In this document: piece after piece, positions 7,679 to 15,332 of the stretch | How positions within the stretch are numbered: position 1 is the stretch's first letter | How the letters are laid out: each line of letters begins with the position of its first letter | Origin: Abditibacteriaceae bacterium | Lineage (GTDB): Bacteria; Armatimonadota; Abditibacteriia; Abditibacteriales; Abditibacteriaceae | Assembly (NCBI GenBank): GCA_031425655.1 | Contig: JANPJS010000152.1 | Span: 1-15,578, forward strand | Reading direction: 5' to 3' | Length of the DNA: 15,578 nt | Notes under the pieces: generated by a model | What the model was told of the DNA's origin: nothing | Database searches by the model: none | What the model saw: only the letters and a program-made list of their open reading frames with translations | Program-made: the position numbers and the translations under genes

Positions 7679-7696
7679 CAAAACATCAAGATGTTC

Positions 7697-7830
7697 TTCA
7701 CGCCATTCATGCGTTTAACGCGATTTCCCTCTTTGTAATCAATAAGAGGTCATGAGGGTAGAAGTTACTATGGAGGGTAGAAAGCTAAATATAAGTGCAA
7801 GAATCGCGTGAATGGCGTGAATCCCGTTAA
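7697..7830. repeat. Inverted 3+3 array of 9-bp repeats around an 80-bp spacer (iteron/ori-like cluster A)
   Basis: Left: TTCACGCCA/TTCATGCGT/TTAACGCGA (7697-7723). Right: TCGCGTGAA/TGGCGTGAA/TCCCGTTAA (7804-7830). GAGGGTAGAA occurs twice in the spacer (7754-7763, 7773-7782). Confidence 0.8.
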
Positions 7831-7968
7831 TCTTCGGTGGCGCAGGAGCCAAGCCCATGAAACCACCATCGCCCTGGCTCGCCGCTCGAATCTGGCATCT
7901 CGCCACTCGTCATGGCCCCATTATCGCTCGACACCACGCGGATAAACAACTGGGAGAAATAACACGCA

Positions 7969-8073
7969 ATGCAACAACGTGGCTGCTGCATCATCCTGCC
8001 ATGCGGATGCCTGCTGCCGTTGACGCTGCTTTTGATCGGCAGCGCCGTGGCGCTGGCACGAACTTTCTTTTAA
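7969..8073 (+). CDS. Small 34-aa Cys-rich membrane peptide (not in the ORF track)
   Basis: MQQRGCCIILPCGCLLPLTLLLIGSAVALARTFF*. GGGAGA at 7952-7957; one hydrophobic helix; the stop shares TTAA with the convergent gene. Confidence 0.55.
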   Translation: MQQRGCCIILPCGCLLPLTLLLIGSAVALARTFF

Positions 8074-8483
8074 CGAATCCCGGTATCGTAATTAACGACC
8101 ACTGTGGTGAATTTCTTCTTGCGAACGGTGACGCTCTGCGTTTCGCCACGCGGCAGAATCGCGGACGGGTTGGGAGCGAGCGGCACCAGCAAGTAAGTGC
8201 CTGGCTTCAGAGTTAGTTGAAAACGGCCCTCGTTGTCGGCAGTCGTGCGTCCTATCTCATCTCCGCCACCTGCGGGCTGGACGGTAATGATAGCACCCGG
8301 CAAGGGTTTTGTGTTGGGTTGGCCTTCACGCTCGACGGGTGAGATCGGGCCTTGTAAAGCCTGGCCGCGCAGCCCCGAAGAGTGCTGGGCGCCTTTGGTC
8401 GGCTTTTCCTTTTGCGTTGCGGCAAAGGCTGCGGCCCCTATAACCAGAAGGCAGAGGGTGAGAATTAGGATGCGCTTTTTCAT
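8070..8483 (-). CDS. Secreted protein with a carboxypeptidase-regulatory-like (prealbumin-like) beta-sandwich domain, 137 aa
   Basis: AAGGA RBS, MKKR + hydrophobic + AFA-A signal peptide, and PLPGAIITV...TTADNEGRFQLTLKPGTY. Confidence 0.85.
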   Translation of the reverse strand: MKKRILILTLCLLVIGAAAFAATQKEKPTKGAQHSSGLRGQALQGPISPVEREGQPNTKPLPGAIITVQPAGGGDEIGRTTADNEGRFQLTLKPGTYLLVPLAPNPSAILPRGETQSVTVRKKKFTTVVVNYDTGIR

Positions 8484-8509
8484 GGGGTTCCTTTAGGTGC
8501 GGTCGTTGC

Positions 8510-8537
8510 TTCGACAGGCAAAAACGCCGAGAGTTCA
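8510..8537 (-). promoter_or_regulatory. Possible ECF-sigma (sigmaE-like) promoter for the 8483 gene
   Basis: Minus strand TGAACT-N16-GTCGAA, 26 bp upstream of the ATG of a secreted protein. Consensus resemblance only. Confidence 0.3.
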
Positions 8538-8569
8538 ATGTGCCATGAAGCAGCAGGAAATTCCATCCG

Positions 8570-8717
8570 GTGACGGTGTGACGGAAGAAATCCGAACATA
8601 TTCTGGGCCGGTGTCAGCCGCCGTTCCAGCCTGGTTTCCACGTCTTTTCTTACTTTCCTTCCAAGACTAACAGAGAATAAAACCCCGCTGCACCGTCACC
8701 TGCGTCACTACCGTCAC
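8570..8717. repeat. Inverted 2+3 array of GTGACGG/CCGTCAC heptamers (iteron/ori-like cluster B)
   Basis: GTGACGG at 8570-8576 and 8578-8584. CCGTCAC 8693-8699, GCGTCAC 8702-8708, CCGTCAC 8711-8717 (9-bp period). The 108-bp spacer has a pyrimidine-rich then A-rich tract. Confidence 0.8.
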
Positions 8718-8735
8718 GGAATCGGTGGCTACCTG

Positions 8736-8767
8736 GCTCGCCAGCAGAAGCAAATCTACTGGCGAGC
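8736..8767. other. Stem-loop just downstream of the integrase
   Basis: GCTCGCCAG-C-AGA-agcaaa-TCT-A-CTGGCGAGC. There is no U-tract, so terminator function is uncertain. Confidence 0.5.
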
Positions 8768-8791
8768 GGAACAAGACATCAGAGCAAACCA

Positions 8792-9832
8792 TTAACGGGG
8801 CTTATCTTGAAGGTGATCGGCAGGAGAGAACTGGCGGTGCTGATTCTGAATGTCAGCTTGCGCCAAAGCCACATACCGTTGCGTCTGGCTAAGTGATGAA
8901 TGTCCCATAAGTGTTTGCAAAGAAAACAGGTGTCCGCCAGCACGCAAGAACTCAACGGCAAATGTATGCCGGAAGGTGTGTGGCGAACACCGCACTCCGC
9001 TAATTTCCGCGCTTTTGCCGAGTCTGTAAACCAGATGCAGCAAGCCTGTCCGATCCAGCGGCTCTCCTGGGGTTCTGCCACCTTCAGCCAAGAATATGGC
9101 GGAAGTGTCTTGGCGATCCTTCAGACGCAGGTATTGGAGCAGGGCCTTAGCTGTCGCCCTTCCGAAACAGATTGTTCGCCGTCTTCCACCCTTGCCGTCG
9201 ATTACGCAGGTGTGATTTCTGAGGTCAAGATTGCAAATTTTGGCACCTGTCACTTCTGTCGCCCTTGCGCCCGTATCGAGCATAAACAAAACAATCGCTT
9301 TATCGCGTAACGGATAGAGTGAGCGTCCAGCAGCTTCTAACAACGCTTCGATTTGTTGCCGAGAGAAGGGCTTGATCTGATCTTGGGGCACTCTGGGCGC
9401 ACGAATCGAATCCATTGGAGAGCGGCTCAGGACTCCTTCTTCTACCATCCAACGAAACAAGGTGCGAAGTTCACGGAAGTAGCGATGAACGGTCGCTGGC
9501 TTAACGGGCTTCGTCATTATCCGGTTGTTCCATCGACCGCCCGGCTGTTGGTGCCCGGTTGTCACATAAGCCAGAAAACCTCGAATGTCAGCAGCTTGGC
9601 AGATCGTCTGGCTTTGTTGGTCGAGATACCAGACCAGTTTGTCAATGACGTGCTGCCTGAACTCGGTGGTTCGTGGCGAGTGTTGACGAAACTGGCAATC
9701 GTAAAGCCATTGCTGGCCGTAACCTTCAATGTCCTGTCGAGACAAAGGTGGTTCAGGCGCGGCACAATCCCTTCCATTTGGTGTCACATTTGCCGTGACG
9801 GTCGCTGCATAAGCAGGCGTGTTGCGGGGCAT
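8792..9832 (-). CDS. Tyrosine recombinase/integrase (XerC/D-like with N-terminal SAM-like domain), about 346 aa
   Basis: Complete catalytic set: DTGARATE (R), GKGGRRR (K), HTFRH (HxxR), LMGHSS (H), TQRY (Y). ATG 9832 is preceded by GGAGAGAG; the gene lies directly downstream of a tRNA 3' end. Confidence 0.95.
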   Translation of the reverse strand: MPRNTPAYAATVTANVTPNGRDCAAPEPPLSRQDIEGYGQQWLYDCQFRQHSPRTTEFRQHVIDKLVWYLDQQSQTICQAADIRGFLAYVTTGHQQPGGRWNNRIMTKPVKPATVHRYFRELRTLFRWMVEEGVLSRSPMDSIRAPRVPQDQIKPFSRQQIEALLEAAGRSLYPLRDKAIVLFMLDTGARATEVTGAKICNLDLRNHTCVIDGKGGRRRTICFGRATAKALLQYLRLKDRQDTSAIFLAEGGRTPGEPLDRTGLLHLVYRLGKSAEISGVRCSPHTFRHTFAVEFLRAGGHLFSLQTLMGHSSLSQTQRYVALAQADIQNQHRQFSPADHLQDKPR

Positions 9833-9885
9833 TTTCTCTCTCCAAAAATGAATTTTGAAGGACGAAAAAAGCACTGAAAAAAGCA

Positions 9886-9913
9886 AAAAACCCCAGTAAA
9901 CACTGGGGTTTTT
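9886..9913 (-). terminator. Intrinsic terminator after tRNA-Asp (potentially bidirectional)
   Basis: AAAAACCCCAGT-aaac-ACTGGGGTTTTT perfect 12-bp inverted repeat, followed on the minus strand by T-runs. Confidence 0.85.
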
Positions 9914-9935
9914 CGCTACGAATGTTCTCTTCGGA

Positions 9936-10008
9936 CGGTCCCGACCGGATTCGAACCGGCGATCTCCTGCGTGACAGGCAGGCGCGTTAACCGCTACGCT
10001 ACGGGACC
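9936..10008 (-). tRNA. tRNA-Asp (GTC), CCA not encoded
   Basis: GGTCCCG/CGGGACC acceptor stem, CCTGC-CTGTCAC-GCAGG anticodon arm, GCCGG-TTCGAAT-CCGGT T arm, discriminator G. Confidence 0.97.
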
Positions 10009-10013
10009 TTATT

Positions 10014-10090
10014 TGAATTTAGAATTGCGCAGGAAGAATTGAGGAATGCAGTGCGACTTTCTTCATTCTCAATTCCAAATTCTTAATTCA
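10014..10090. repeat. Imperfect palindrome of AATTC-core heptamer-like units between the tRNAs
   Basis: TGAATTT AGAATT...AGAATTG AGGAATG faces CATTCTC AATTCCA AATTCTT AATTCA. Confidence 0.6.
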
Positions 10091-10092
10091 TG

Positions 10093-10165
10093 TGGGCAAG
10101 GAGGGACTCGAACCCCCGATAGACACGGTGTAAACGTGTTGCTTTAGCCGCTAAGCTACTCGCCC
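10093..10165 (-). tRNA. tRNA-Val (TAC), CCA not encoded
   Basis: GGGCGAG/CTTGCCC acceptor stem, ACACG-TTTACAC-CGTGT anticodon arm, GGGGG-TTCGAGT-CCCTC T arm, discriminator A. Confidence 0.97.
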
Positions 10166-10208
10166 CGACCGCGTCGTGCTTTTCGATAACTCGGCGTCGG
10201 CCCAAAAG

Positions 10209-10237
10209 AATTTACAATATACAGCCGAATGGGTCAA
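10209..10237 (-). promoter_or_regulatory. Sigma70-type promoter of the tRNA-Val/tRNA-Asp operon
   Basis: TTGACC (10237-10232), 17-bp spacer, TAAATT (10214-10209); 43 bp upstream of tRNA-Val. Confidence 0.7.
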
Positions 10238-10374
10238 GTCCGCGCATTATTCCCGGCTTTGCACCTTTTCCCGATCCAGCACCAAACCTCGAACTTGTGT
10301 CAGTGTGGATTGACTTGAATATTTGTGAAAGTCCCCCGTTTTATGTTGGAAATTATGTGCAAAACCGAGTCAAT

Positions 10375-12339
10375 TTACTTCCACTTTTCGTCGAAAAAGC
10401 CGGCGTTGGCAACGCGGCCCGGCCAGCGCGGGCCGGGCGCCTCACGCAAATCAATGATGGCCCAATCGGGCAGTTTTGGGGTTTGAAGCGCGTTGTTGCC
10501 GTAGCCGTCGGCGCGAAAATCAATGCCGCTGTTTATCACAACATAATGCTGCGGGCTGAACGGATTAGGAAAAATCAGCATCGGCGCGTGGAATGTCGCA
10601 TCGTAAGTCTGACCGCGAAAAACAAGATTTTTGGCGTCCCATTTGAGCGGCAGGCGCTTGACAATTGACGATAGAACCTCATTTGATGAGGGATCACCCC
10701 ACAAGATAAGATTTTTCGTTCTGATGTCGTTGGCGCTAATCGCGGTATCGTCTTTGACGAGCGCATCACCGCGATAAACATCGCGCCAGAGTGTGGTGGC
10801 GTGCGCCAGTTCGCCTTTAACCCAGTCGCCCACGGCGGCGTTGAGTGGCTTGCCTGTTGGACGCACGAAAAGAAAAGGCTCCATGAACGCATCGTCAATC
10901 GGGCCGGTCAGGCCGGGGCGTTTGCGCGGCACAACGCCATTGTCGGAAGTCCTCCATTTACCGCGCACTTTGGCAAAAAGAAGCTTGCTGGGATTGGGGC
11001 CAATGCGCGGGCCATCAAAGCGAATACTCTGACCATCCAGAATCACAGCCTTCGGATGCACGCCGTTGAAGGATAGCATCGTCACGTTTTTCGTGTCGGC
11101 GCTGATTGTGGTGTCGTCGGTGAAGCGCGCCCGCACGTCGGCGCGTTCCCAGTGCTGGCCCATGCCTTCGATGCGAACCCACGCCGACTCTGGATAGCGC
11201 AGCGTGTAAGTTGTCAGATTCACTTCGCGCGGCTGCAATTCGCGGCCTTTGGCGAGAAGCTCTTCGAGGCGCGCGGTCAGTGCCTTTTTGGTTTCCGGCT
11301 CGTAACTGTGGCCGGTTTTTGGGCCGATGAAGCGTTCGAGCTTCAAACCTTCGGCGGCCATCGCGGTTTCCATGATGTCGGCGGCTTGTTTTTGGTTGTC
11401 TATTTCGCCGCTGTAGGCCACGGTCGGCACGTTGAACAGGTTGGCGGCGACAATCGTGGCGTCATACCACGACCACAGTTTTTGCTCCCACGGTTGACGC
11501 GGCTCTTTGCCGGGAGCCAGAGCGCGGGTGAAAATTGCGGTTTCGGCGAAGCCGGCGCCGGGCGAAGCGGCGCACCACAAACCCGAATGATGCGTGGCCA
11601 GATGCCACGCGCTGCCGCCGCCCATCGAAAATCCGGCGACCATCGTGCGCTTCGGATCAACGCGATAATCGGCTTTGACAGCGCCCAGCGCCTCAAAAAC
11701 ATCCACTTCGCCGGCAAAGCGCGTCGAATTGCAAAAGCGGCCATAAGGCACCAGAATCAGCGTGTTTTGCGGCGTGATTTCCGGCGGTTTTGCCAATCGC
11801 TCATTTAAGAAAGCCAACTCGGTGCGCTTTTCGCCGCGCCCCAAAAGCCAGACCATCAGGCGGTTTTCGCTCGTGCGGGCCTTTTCCGGGACGACCAAAC
11901 CGTAAGGCTGAACCGAACCGTCAATTTTGGAGCGGTAGCCGCGAACGACCAAGCCGGTTGCTTCGAGCCACGGCGTTCTTCCGGCGCGTAATTGCGCGGC
12001 GCGTTCGCGGCCCTGCGTCAAAAGTTGGCGCGCGAATTCGACTTCTTTGGGTGAGAAAAACTCGTCGTAGCGCAGCGCCCAGTCCACGGCCTTGTGAAAA
12101 ATCTCGACATCGGGAAAGCGTGCCGCAAGTTTTGCATCGTTGCCGATTGCGGGCGTGAGAGCCTCAATTTCCTGCCGCAAAGCAGCGGCGCTGGCAGTCA
12201 GTTCGGCGCGGTCGGCATCGCTGAGAACGATGCCGGGCGGCGGAATATGTTTGGGCACTTGCGCGAATGCGGTGGCTGTGAAGGCGAGTAGGGCAACGCT
12301 GTAGAAAAGGCGGTGAGCGAGCGAAAAAAGTATTTTCAT
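10375..12339 (-). CDS. Secreted alpha/beta-hydrolase (prolyl-oligopeptidase/esterase-like), 654 aa
   Basis: Signal peptide ending AFA-Q, SKIDGSVQPY, GFSMGG nucleophile elbow, and GEID and GHSY as candidate Asp/His triad members. Confidence 0.9.
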   Translation of the reverse strand: MKILFSLAHRLFYSVALLAFTATAFAQVPKHIPPPGIVLSDADRAELTASAAALRQEIEALTPAIGNDAKLAARFPDVEIFHKAVDWALRYDEFFSPKEVEFARQLLTQGRERAAQLRAGRTPWLEATGLVVRGYRSKIDGSVQPYGLVVPEKARTSENRLMVWLLGRGEKRTELAFLNERLAKPPEITPQNTLILVPYGRFCNSTRFAGEVDVFEALGAVKADYRVDPKRTMVAGFSMGGGSAWHLATHHSGLWCAASPGAGFAETAIFTRALAPGKEPRQPWEQKLWSWYDATIVAANLFNVPTVAYSGEIDNQKQAADIMETAMAAEGLKLERFIGPKTGHSYEPETKKALTARLEELLAKGRELQPREVNLTTYTLRYPESAWVRIEGMGQHWERADVRARFTDDTTISADTKNVTMLSFNGVHPKAVILDGQSIRFDGPRIGPNPSKLLFAKVRGKWRTSDNGVVPRKRPGLTGPIDDAFMEPFLFVRPTGKPLNAAVGDWVKGELAHATTLWRDVYRGDALVKDDTAISANDIRTKNLILWGDPSSNEVLSSIVKRLPLKWDAKNLVFRGQTYDATFHAPMLIFPNPFSPQHYVVINSGIDFRADGYGNNALQTPKLPDWAIIDLREAPGPRWPGRVANAGFFDEKWK

Positions 12340-12357
12340 GGGGCTTTTGATGCGGTC

Positions 12358-13605
12358 TTAATTCGGCTTGTTGCCAATGCGATACAGGTGTTCCGCCGTG
12401 CGGATGAAAAGGGCCTTGTCAGTCACCGCGTAAGAAGCCAAAGTGCGCTCTTCCAGCGGGTTAGTCGCCAGTTTTACGAATTCCTGACCTAATTTCAGCA
12501 CGGTTCCGGTGCCGGTTTCGTTTTGCAAATAGATTCGACCGTCCGCCACGATTGGCGATGCTGAATAATTGCCGTCCAAGCGCTCCTGCCAGTAAACCTT
12601 GCCGGTTTTGGCCTCGAAGCAACTCGCCAAACCCGCATCCGCAACCGCATACAATTCTTCGCCAACCAGCAAAAGCGAGGGCGTCAGCGGCGCGCCTTTG
12701 GTGGTGCGCCACGCGATGTGCGTTTCTGTTACATCGCCTTGACCGTCGGGTCGAATCGCCAGCAAATCGGCGCGATTGAAGCCGGTCGCCACAAAGACCA
12801 GTCCCTGTCCGAAAACCGGGCGCGGAACGACGGAATAACCGCCTCCGTAGCGCACGCGCCAGATTTCGCGGCCATCTTTGGGGTCTAAAGCCGAAACCGC
12901 GCCGCTGCCCGGACTAATGATTTGCTGCTGTCCGTTGACGGTAATCAGCAGCGGTGTGCTGAAGGAAAATTTCTGGCCCACTTCCACGGAGCGCGGCACT
13001 TTCCAGAGCAATTTTCCGGTCGTTTTATTCAGCGCCGCGACGAAGGGCGCAGTGGCGCCGTCGGCGTTGTAAACCAACTTATCGTCCACGATAATAGGTG
13101 AGCCGCCGTTGCCGTGCGTCGGTTCGTAGCCCAGAGAATTGTTGCGCCAGAGAATTTTGCCTTTGGAATCGAGGCAGGCGGTGCCGTGATGGCCGAAATG
13201 AACGTAAACGCGCTCGCCTTCGATGAGCGGCGTCGGACTGGCCTGCGTATTCTTGTCGTGCATCGGCCTCGACCGCGTTTCGGTCGTGGTGAAAACTTCC
13301 GTATTCCACAAAATGCGCCCACTGGCCGCATCCAGCGCAAGCGCGTGCAGCGAGGGGCCGCCATCGTTGCCGGGCACGCCGGAAGTCAGAAACACCTGTC
13401 CGCGACTGACAACCGGCGACGACCATCCCGATCCCGGAATCGCCTGTTTCCACACCACGTTTTTCGTGGCCGACCATTCAAGAGGAAGATTCGTGGCTGT
13501 CGAATGGCCTTGTCCGGTCGGCCCGCGAAATTCCGTCCATTCTTCGGCAGCCGTCGCGCTTGATATCATCAAGCAAAGCGCGGCCATTGTATTCATCAAT
13601 TTCAT
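12358..13605 (-). CDS. Secreted PQQ-binding-like beta-propeller repeat protein (BamB-like repeats), 415 aa
   Basis: GAAGGA RBS, signal peptide, WTEFRGPTGQG, GWSSPVV and repeated ALDxxxGxxxW blades. Confidence 0.92.
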   Translation of the reverse strand: MKLMNTMAALCLMISSATAAEEWTEFRGPTGQGHSTATNLPLEWSATKNVVWKQAIPGSGWSSPVVSRGQVFLTSGVPGNDGGPSLHALALDAASGRILWNTEVFTTTETRSRPMHDKNTQASPTPLIEGERVYVHFGHHGTACLDSKGKILWRNNSLGYEPTHGNGGSPIIVDDKLVYNADGATAPFVAALNKTTGKLLWKVPRSVEVGQKFSFSTPLLITVNGQQQIISPGSGAVSALDPKDGREIWRVRYGGGYSVVPRPVFGQGLVFVATGFNRADLLAIRPDGQGDVTETHIAWRTTKGAPLTPSLLLVGEELYAVADAGLASCFEAKTGKVYWQERLDGNYSASPIVADGRIYLQNETGTGTVLKLGQEFVKLATNPLEERTLASYAVTDKALFIRTAEHLYRIGNKPN

Positions 13606-13630
13606 ATCGAGATTCCTTCACAATTTGTAA

Positions 13631-13738
13631 TGGCAAAAAATGAGGGGCAAAAAATGGGAATTAGAGCGGTTTGGGGGAATCCCTTTTGGGAGAATCCCTT
13701 TTCTTGAATATTCATTTTTTGCCCCTCATTTTTTGCCA
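13631..13738. repeat. Perfect 26-bp inverted repeat (REP-like)
   Basis: TGGCAAAAAATGAGGGGCAAAAAATG (13631-13656) and its exact reverse complement (13713-13738). GAATCCCTTTT occurs twice in the spacer. Confidence 0.9.
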
Positions 13739-13749
13739 CTGCCTGAATT

Positions 13750-15279
13750 TCAAAGACCCTTGTCGAGCAGCAACGGCACGATTTTCTGATTGACGACGAG
13801 GCCAAACATCGTCATGAAGAAGAGGCCAGCCAAAACCAGAGCAAACTGTTTGCTGCGCGAAGGCCGCACTTCGACCGGCAAAAAGCGCCGATTGACGTAA
13901 AGCGTGTGAAAAATCGTGGCCGCGATGGCAAGGTTCGCCACGTTGCCGGCGATAACCATCATCGTCGTGGCCGAAAGATTGGGGAAAAACGTGTAAGCTG
14001 AAACACCCCAAATCAAATAAGCGCCCACGAACATATAGTAGAGATATTTGACGTTGTGCGTGTCCATTTTGCGGATGCGCTTGCTGCCCGACCAAAGGGC
14101 ATCCGTCCAGCGCCGCGCGGCCACATCAATCGCGTAGAACTGGCCGGGAATCATGATAATCAGGCCCATGAGCAGCATCAGATTGCGAAAAATCTCGCCA
14201 TGCACGGCTCCGAATTCCTGCGCCACCGCCGCCGCCCAGCGCCACTGATCGCTCGACGTAACGCTACCTGGGCGCAGATATTCGGCGCCCAGCAAGCAGG
14301 GCAGCATCATGGCGACCAGAGAACCCAGCGCCCACACCAGATATTGGTCAACCAGCAGATAGCGGAACCAGCCGCGAAAGCGTGTGCGCGTTTGCTCGCC
14401 GCCCGGACAAATCGTGCCGATGTGGGACAACTCGATGGCCATGCCGCCGATTGCCGAAGGAATCGCGCCGACTTTTCCGCCCATGCCCCAGCCTTTTTCG
14501 CGCACGAAGTTGCTGGCCATGATGTTTCCCAGCCCGCCGACGCCCGAAAAACCGGCCAATGCCGCCATCAGGCTCCAATCAATGCTGGCATTGCCCTGCG
14601 CATCGCGCGGAAGGCGCGTCGGGTCAATCAAACCGCCCCAAATTTCGCCCCACGTCTTCGCCGAAACGAAAAACACGGTGCAGAACAGCATGAAAAACAG
14701 AGTCGCTAAGAATTTGGTGCCCATCACGATTTGCAGCGTGTTGTAAATTTTGCCGCCGAAAAGCGGCAGCAACCCGCAAAAAATGAACACGTAGTAGCTG
14801 TATTGCCGCACCATATCGGTGTCAATGGCGTCCTGCGGCGTCAGCTTCATGACATAGACGACTAAAATCTGCGCCGCGAGTCCGGCCATCGAAGGCCACC
14901 AACTGCCGACATCGAGCAGCAAATAAAAGATCACCCAGAACTTGGGGCCGGGCTTGGAGCGCATGAAGCCGGTCATAATCGGCTCGCCGGTGCAAAGCGT
15001 GTAGCGCATCACTTCGGTGTTGAGAACGATTTGCGCGCCAATTGAAAACAGCACGATCCACATCAGCGCGCCGTGATACTGCGCCGCCGCTTTTGGCCCC
15101 ATCACCCATTCGCCGGTGCCGATGGAGCCGCCCGCCAGGACAAGTCCCGGCCCGATGAGCGCCAACAAATTCTTGGCGCGCAAAGGCGCCGGTTCGGGAA
15201 GCTCCTCGACGTTCCACGCCGGAAGACAACCCGGATCAACTGTTTGCGCCGACGCCGATACATGAGTTTGGCTGCTCAA
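13750..15279 (-). CDS. Nramp-family-like (APC fold) membrane transporter, 509 aa
   Basis: IGPGLVLAGGSIGTGEW, EVMRYTLCTGE and REKGWGMG blocks with about 11 hydrophobic segments. AAGGA precedes the TTG start. Confidence 0.88.
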   Translation of the reverse strand: MSSQTHVSASAQTVDPGCLPAWNVEELPEPAPLRAKNLLALIGPGLVLAGGSIGTGEWVMGPKAAAQYHGALMWIVLFSIGAQIVLNTEVMRYTLCTGEPIMTGFMRSKPGPKFWVIFYLLLDVGSWWPSMAGLAAQILVVYVMKLTPQDAIDTDMVRQYSYYVFIFCGLLPLFGGKIYNTLQIVMGTKFLATLFFMLFCTVFFVSAKTWGEIWGGLIDPTRLPRDAQGNASIDWSLMAALAGFSGVGGLGNIMASNFVREKGWGMGGKVGAIPSAIGGMAIELSHIGTICPGGEQTRTRFRGWFRYLLVDQYLVWALGSLVAMMLPCLLGAEYLRPGSVTSSDQWRWAAAVAQEFGAVHGEIFRNLMLLMGLIIMIPGQFYAIDVAARRWTDALWSGSKRIRKMDTHNVKYLYYMFVGAYLIWGVSAYTFFPNLSATTMMVIAGNVANLAIAATIFHTLYVNRRFLPVEVRPSRSKQFALVLAGLFFMTMFGLVVNQKIVPLLLDKGL

Positions 15280-15332
15280 TGAAGTATTTCCTTTTGATGG
15301 ATAAAGCCGTCTGGCCGAATGCGGAGCCTTAC

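Larger units (their letters stand above)
1..9935. mobile_element. Putative genomic island integrated at tRNA-Asp (left boundary outside the window)
   Basis: Integrase adjacent to the tRNA 3' end, mixed-orientation accessory cargo, an IS, a truncated gene and a visibly more AT-rich left part. No duplicated tRNA 3' end was seen in the window. Confidence 0.7.

Noticed and set aside
7857..8216. 119-aa plus-strand ORF
   Set aside because: No recognisable features; it overlaps the well-supported minus-strand gene and the better-supported 34-aa ORF.
7697..8717. CRISPR array
   Set aside because: The repeats are 7-9 bp, inverted and have no unique spacers; there are no cas genes.
9833..9886. Longer integrase start at TTG 9886
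   Set aside because: It lies in the terminator T-runs; ATG 9832 has a good SD.
10310..10345. Plus-strand TTGACT as a promoter
   Set aside because: No -10 box at 16-18 bp spacing and no plus-strand gene downstream.
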